64,000 nt of DNA from Octopus sinensis (Eukaryota). The notes below the pieces were generated by a model, which saw only the letters and a program-made list of their open reading frames with translations, was not told where the DNA came from and searched no databases. Below, in pieces: positions 61,661 to 64,000 of the stretch. The stretch covers positions 47,616,001 to 47,680,000 of the forward strand of contig NC_043003.1 in the NCBI RefSeq assembly GCF_006345805.1, written 5' to 3'. Each line of letters begins with the position of its first letter. Position 1 is the first letter of the stretch. The position numbers and the translations under genes are program-made.

Positions 61661-64000
61661 TAGCTATTCAATGGATGTGGTCATTTATTCACATCAGTTA
61701 ATTATTCCAATATGCACAGCCATTTTTGTTAAATCTGTAAACCATACTCATTGTCACCATGTTTACTCCAGTTTTTCTTCACTTAGTTTATAGTCAAGTG
61801 GTTAGCTGTAGAAGAGCCATCTTCATCATCATCATCATTTAAAGTCCACTTTCTATACTGGCATGGGCTGGACGGGTTGACTGAAAGCTGGGGAGCTGCA
61901 CCAGGTTCCAGTCCGATTTGGCAAGGTTTCTACTGCTAGAAGCCCTTCCTAATACCAACCACTCAAAGAATGTAGTGGATGCTTTTTACGGGCCACCAGC
62001 ATTGGCTATGCCTATGATCTCATTTGGCTTCACAGGTCTACATAAGCATGTTATATTGCCAAAGGTCTCGGTAACCTGTTATTACTTCCATGAGGTTCAA
62101 TGCTCAAACAGTGCTTTTTACGTGCCACTGGCATTGACTATGATTTCAAACTGTAAAATCAGTTGCTACATAATCAAATTATCTCACCTAAGCCTATGTA
62201 AGCATGGGAAAATGGCACATTTCAAAAGCAATTTTGCTGAAACATCGAGTTCAGTGGTTGATCTGTGCCTCTTCTCATGCAAGGCTCACAAATCTATTAA
62301 CGTTACATTATTAGGTTTCAGGTTTTATTTCTTCTTCATATTAGAACAGATCCACCAATTCTGAGGGAAAGTTACTTGGCTTACTTGAAATAGCCGTGCC
62401 AAATATCCCTAATGTTACTCTTTACCATTTGAAAATGAGGCTATATTGGAGAATTTTGTTGTAGACATATAAGATATAAACACTCGTCATTTTCACATCT
62501 GCTTCTCCATGTTTGCCTGGGTTAGTGGAGTCCTTTCCAGCATGTTTCACTACTTTTTGATTTCTGTTAAAATCTCTTTCATGAGATTCAACATCTGGAA
62601 GTCATCTTTCATCACTTATGCTCATGTCTTCTTTGGTTTCTTTTCTTCCATAGATTTCTTAGATATGGAACTTCTGGCATTTCTTTACCTACCTGTTATA
62701 GTTCATGCACATTAATACATGTCTATATCGATGCTGTTATCTCTCTTGCACATTACTAAATCTGATTACTCTTACACCCTGTTTATTTCTCAGTTCGTCC
62801 ATACCACATCACCCGTATTCATTAACATTACACATCCAGTGAAGAAGCATGCTTGTTTCATTTCTATCCAACCATCATATATCTTTTTGATCCATAAAAG
62901 AATGCAAAAACTCAAACTTGGCAGGAATTGAACTCAGATAATAAAGGTCCTTATCTAAATACCACAAGACATTTTCTCTGACATTCTACCAATTCTGTCA
63001 ATCTATTACCCTGAAGACAAGAGTGATTTTTAACATAGTGTGAAGGCCACAACTTTTAGTAGAAAGGTGTTGTCAATTTAATTGACCCCGGAACTTGACT
63101 CATCAGAACTATCCCCCTCTGGACATTACTATTTTGGATTCTAGGATGTTTAGGACCGGTTATCCAGTTTCCATAGCATTTAATTGACCAACATAAGAAT
63201 GTTCCTTCAGAATGGGATGCCAGTCTGCTGCAGGATTTTTTCCCATCATCAGCTCATAGAGATATTTCTTTATTGATTATTCAAAGACAGAAAAGTAGCC
63301 TCCATAATCTATTTTCAGGGCCTCCAAGACTGGTGGGAGGAAGCTTTTCTCAGACTAGAGACCTGGTTTCATTGCTTGTCACAGAATGAACTCTATTAAG
63401 AGGCATCCATGACCCTGGTAGTGGCATTTAACCAGGCAATAGATTAAGTCTTTCCTCCACTTATTTTATCTACTTAAAAATAAGATAATAATGGTGTCTA
63501 ACTTAGATACAAGGCCACACAAATATGGAAGGCTGTGGATAGAGTAGCTAATATTCACTCCCTAGTATTTGACTGGTGCTTTATCACCCCCCACTCCGCC
63601 TGTCCCATGGAAAGATGAAAAGCAAATCAACACAAGCAAGATTTGAACTCGGAACATTAAAAAACTTAAATAAATACTGGAAAGCATTTTATCTGGTGCT
63701 GTACTGATTGTGCAACCTCTTTAAAAAAATGTGATAATTAGCAAGAAAGATTTTGTTTATTTTATTGATTTCATAAAAACAAATATATAAAATTTCCTCT
63801 CCACACTCTCAGATACTCCTCTTAGTCAAGGGCTCCCTCCTGCTTTTTGCTTTTTTTCTTCTTTATCCTGTCTTACAAGCTACTTGGCAACCTCACTGGT
63901 GCTGAGGGCACAAAAAAACGCATCCAGTATACATTGTAAAGTGGCGGGCATTAGGAAGGGCATCCAACCACAGAGACCATGCCAACTGACATGGAGCATG

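Overview
AT-rich, repeat-dense animal genomic DNA. The SINE, RTE-LINE and Penelope families look like those of an octopus or other coleoid cephalopod (inferred from recognising the repeats, not from a search). I can reconstruct one protein-coding gene on the + strand: an ankyrin-repeat and SOCS-box (ASB-like) gene with 9 well-supported GT-AG-linked exons (29892-60762). A probable tenth, short first coding exon lies at 17409-17445 and would join through a GC-AG intron. All intron phases are compatible, giving a 2094-nt CDS (697 aa) with about 16-17 ankyrin repeats and a C-terminal SOCS box. The rest is introns and intergenic DNA filled with tRNA-derived SINEs, RTE LINE fragments and their (GAT)n-tailed 3' ends, Penelope-like remnants (one with a hammerhead ribozyme motif), Tc1/mariner, piggyBac-, pogo- and hAT-like MITEs, a Helitron helicase relic, a Gypsy gag-protease relic, a solo LTR and many microsatellites. 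Nearly all other ORFs in the supplied track are artefacts of microsatellites or repeats. I found no prokaryote-type system. The most interesting signals are RNA-level: hammerhead motifs, fold-back structures, a non-canonical first intron and ankyrin-register intron positions.
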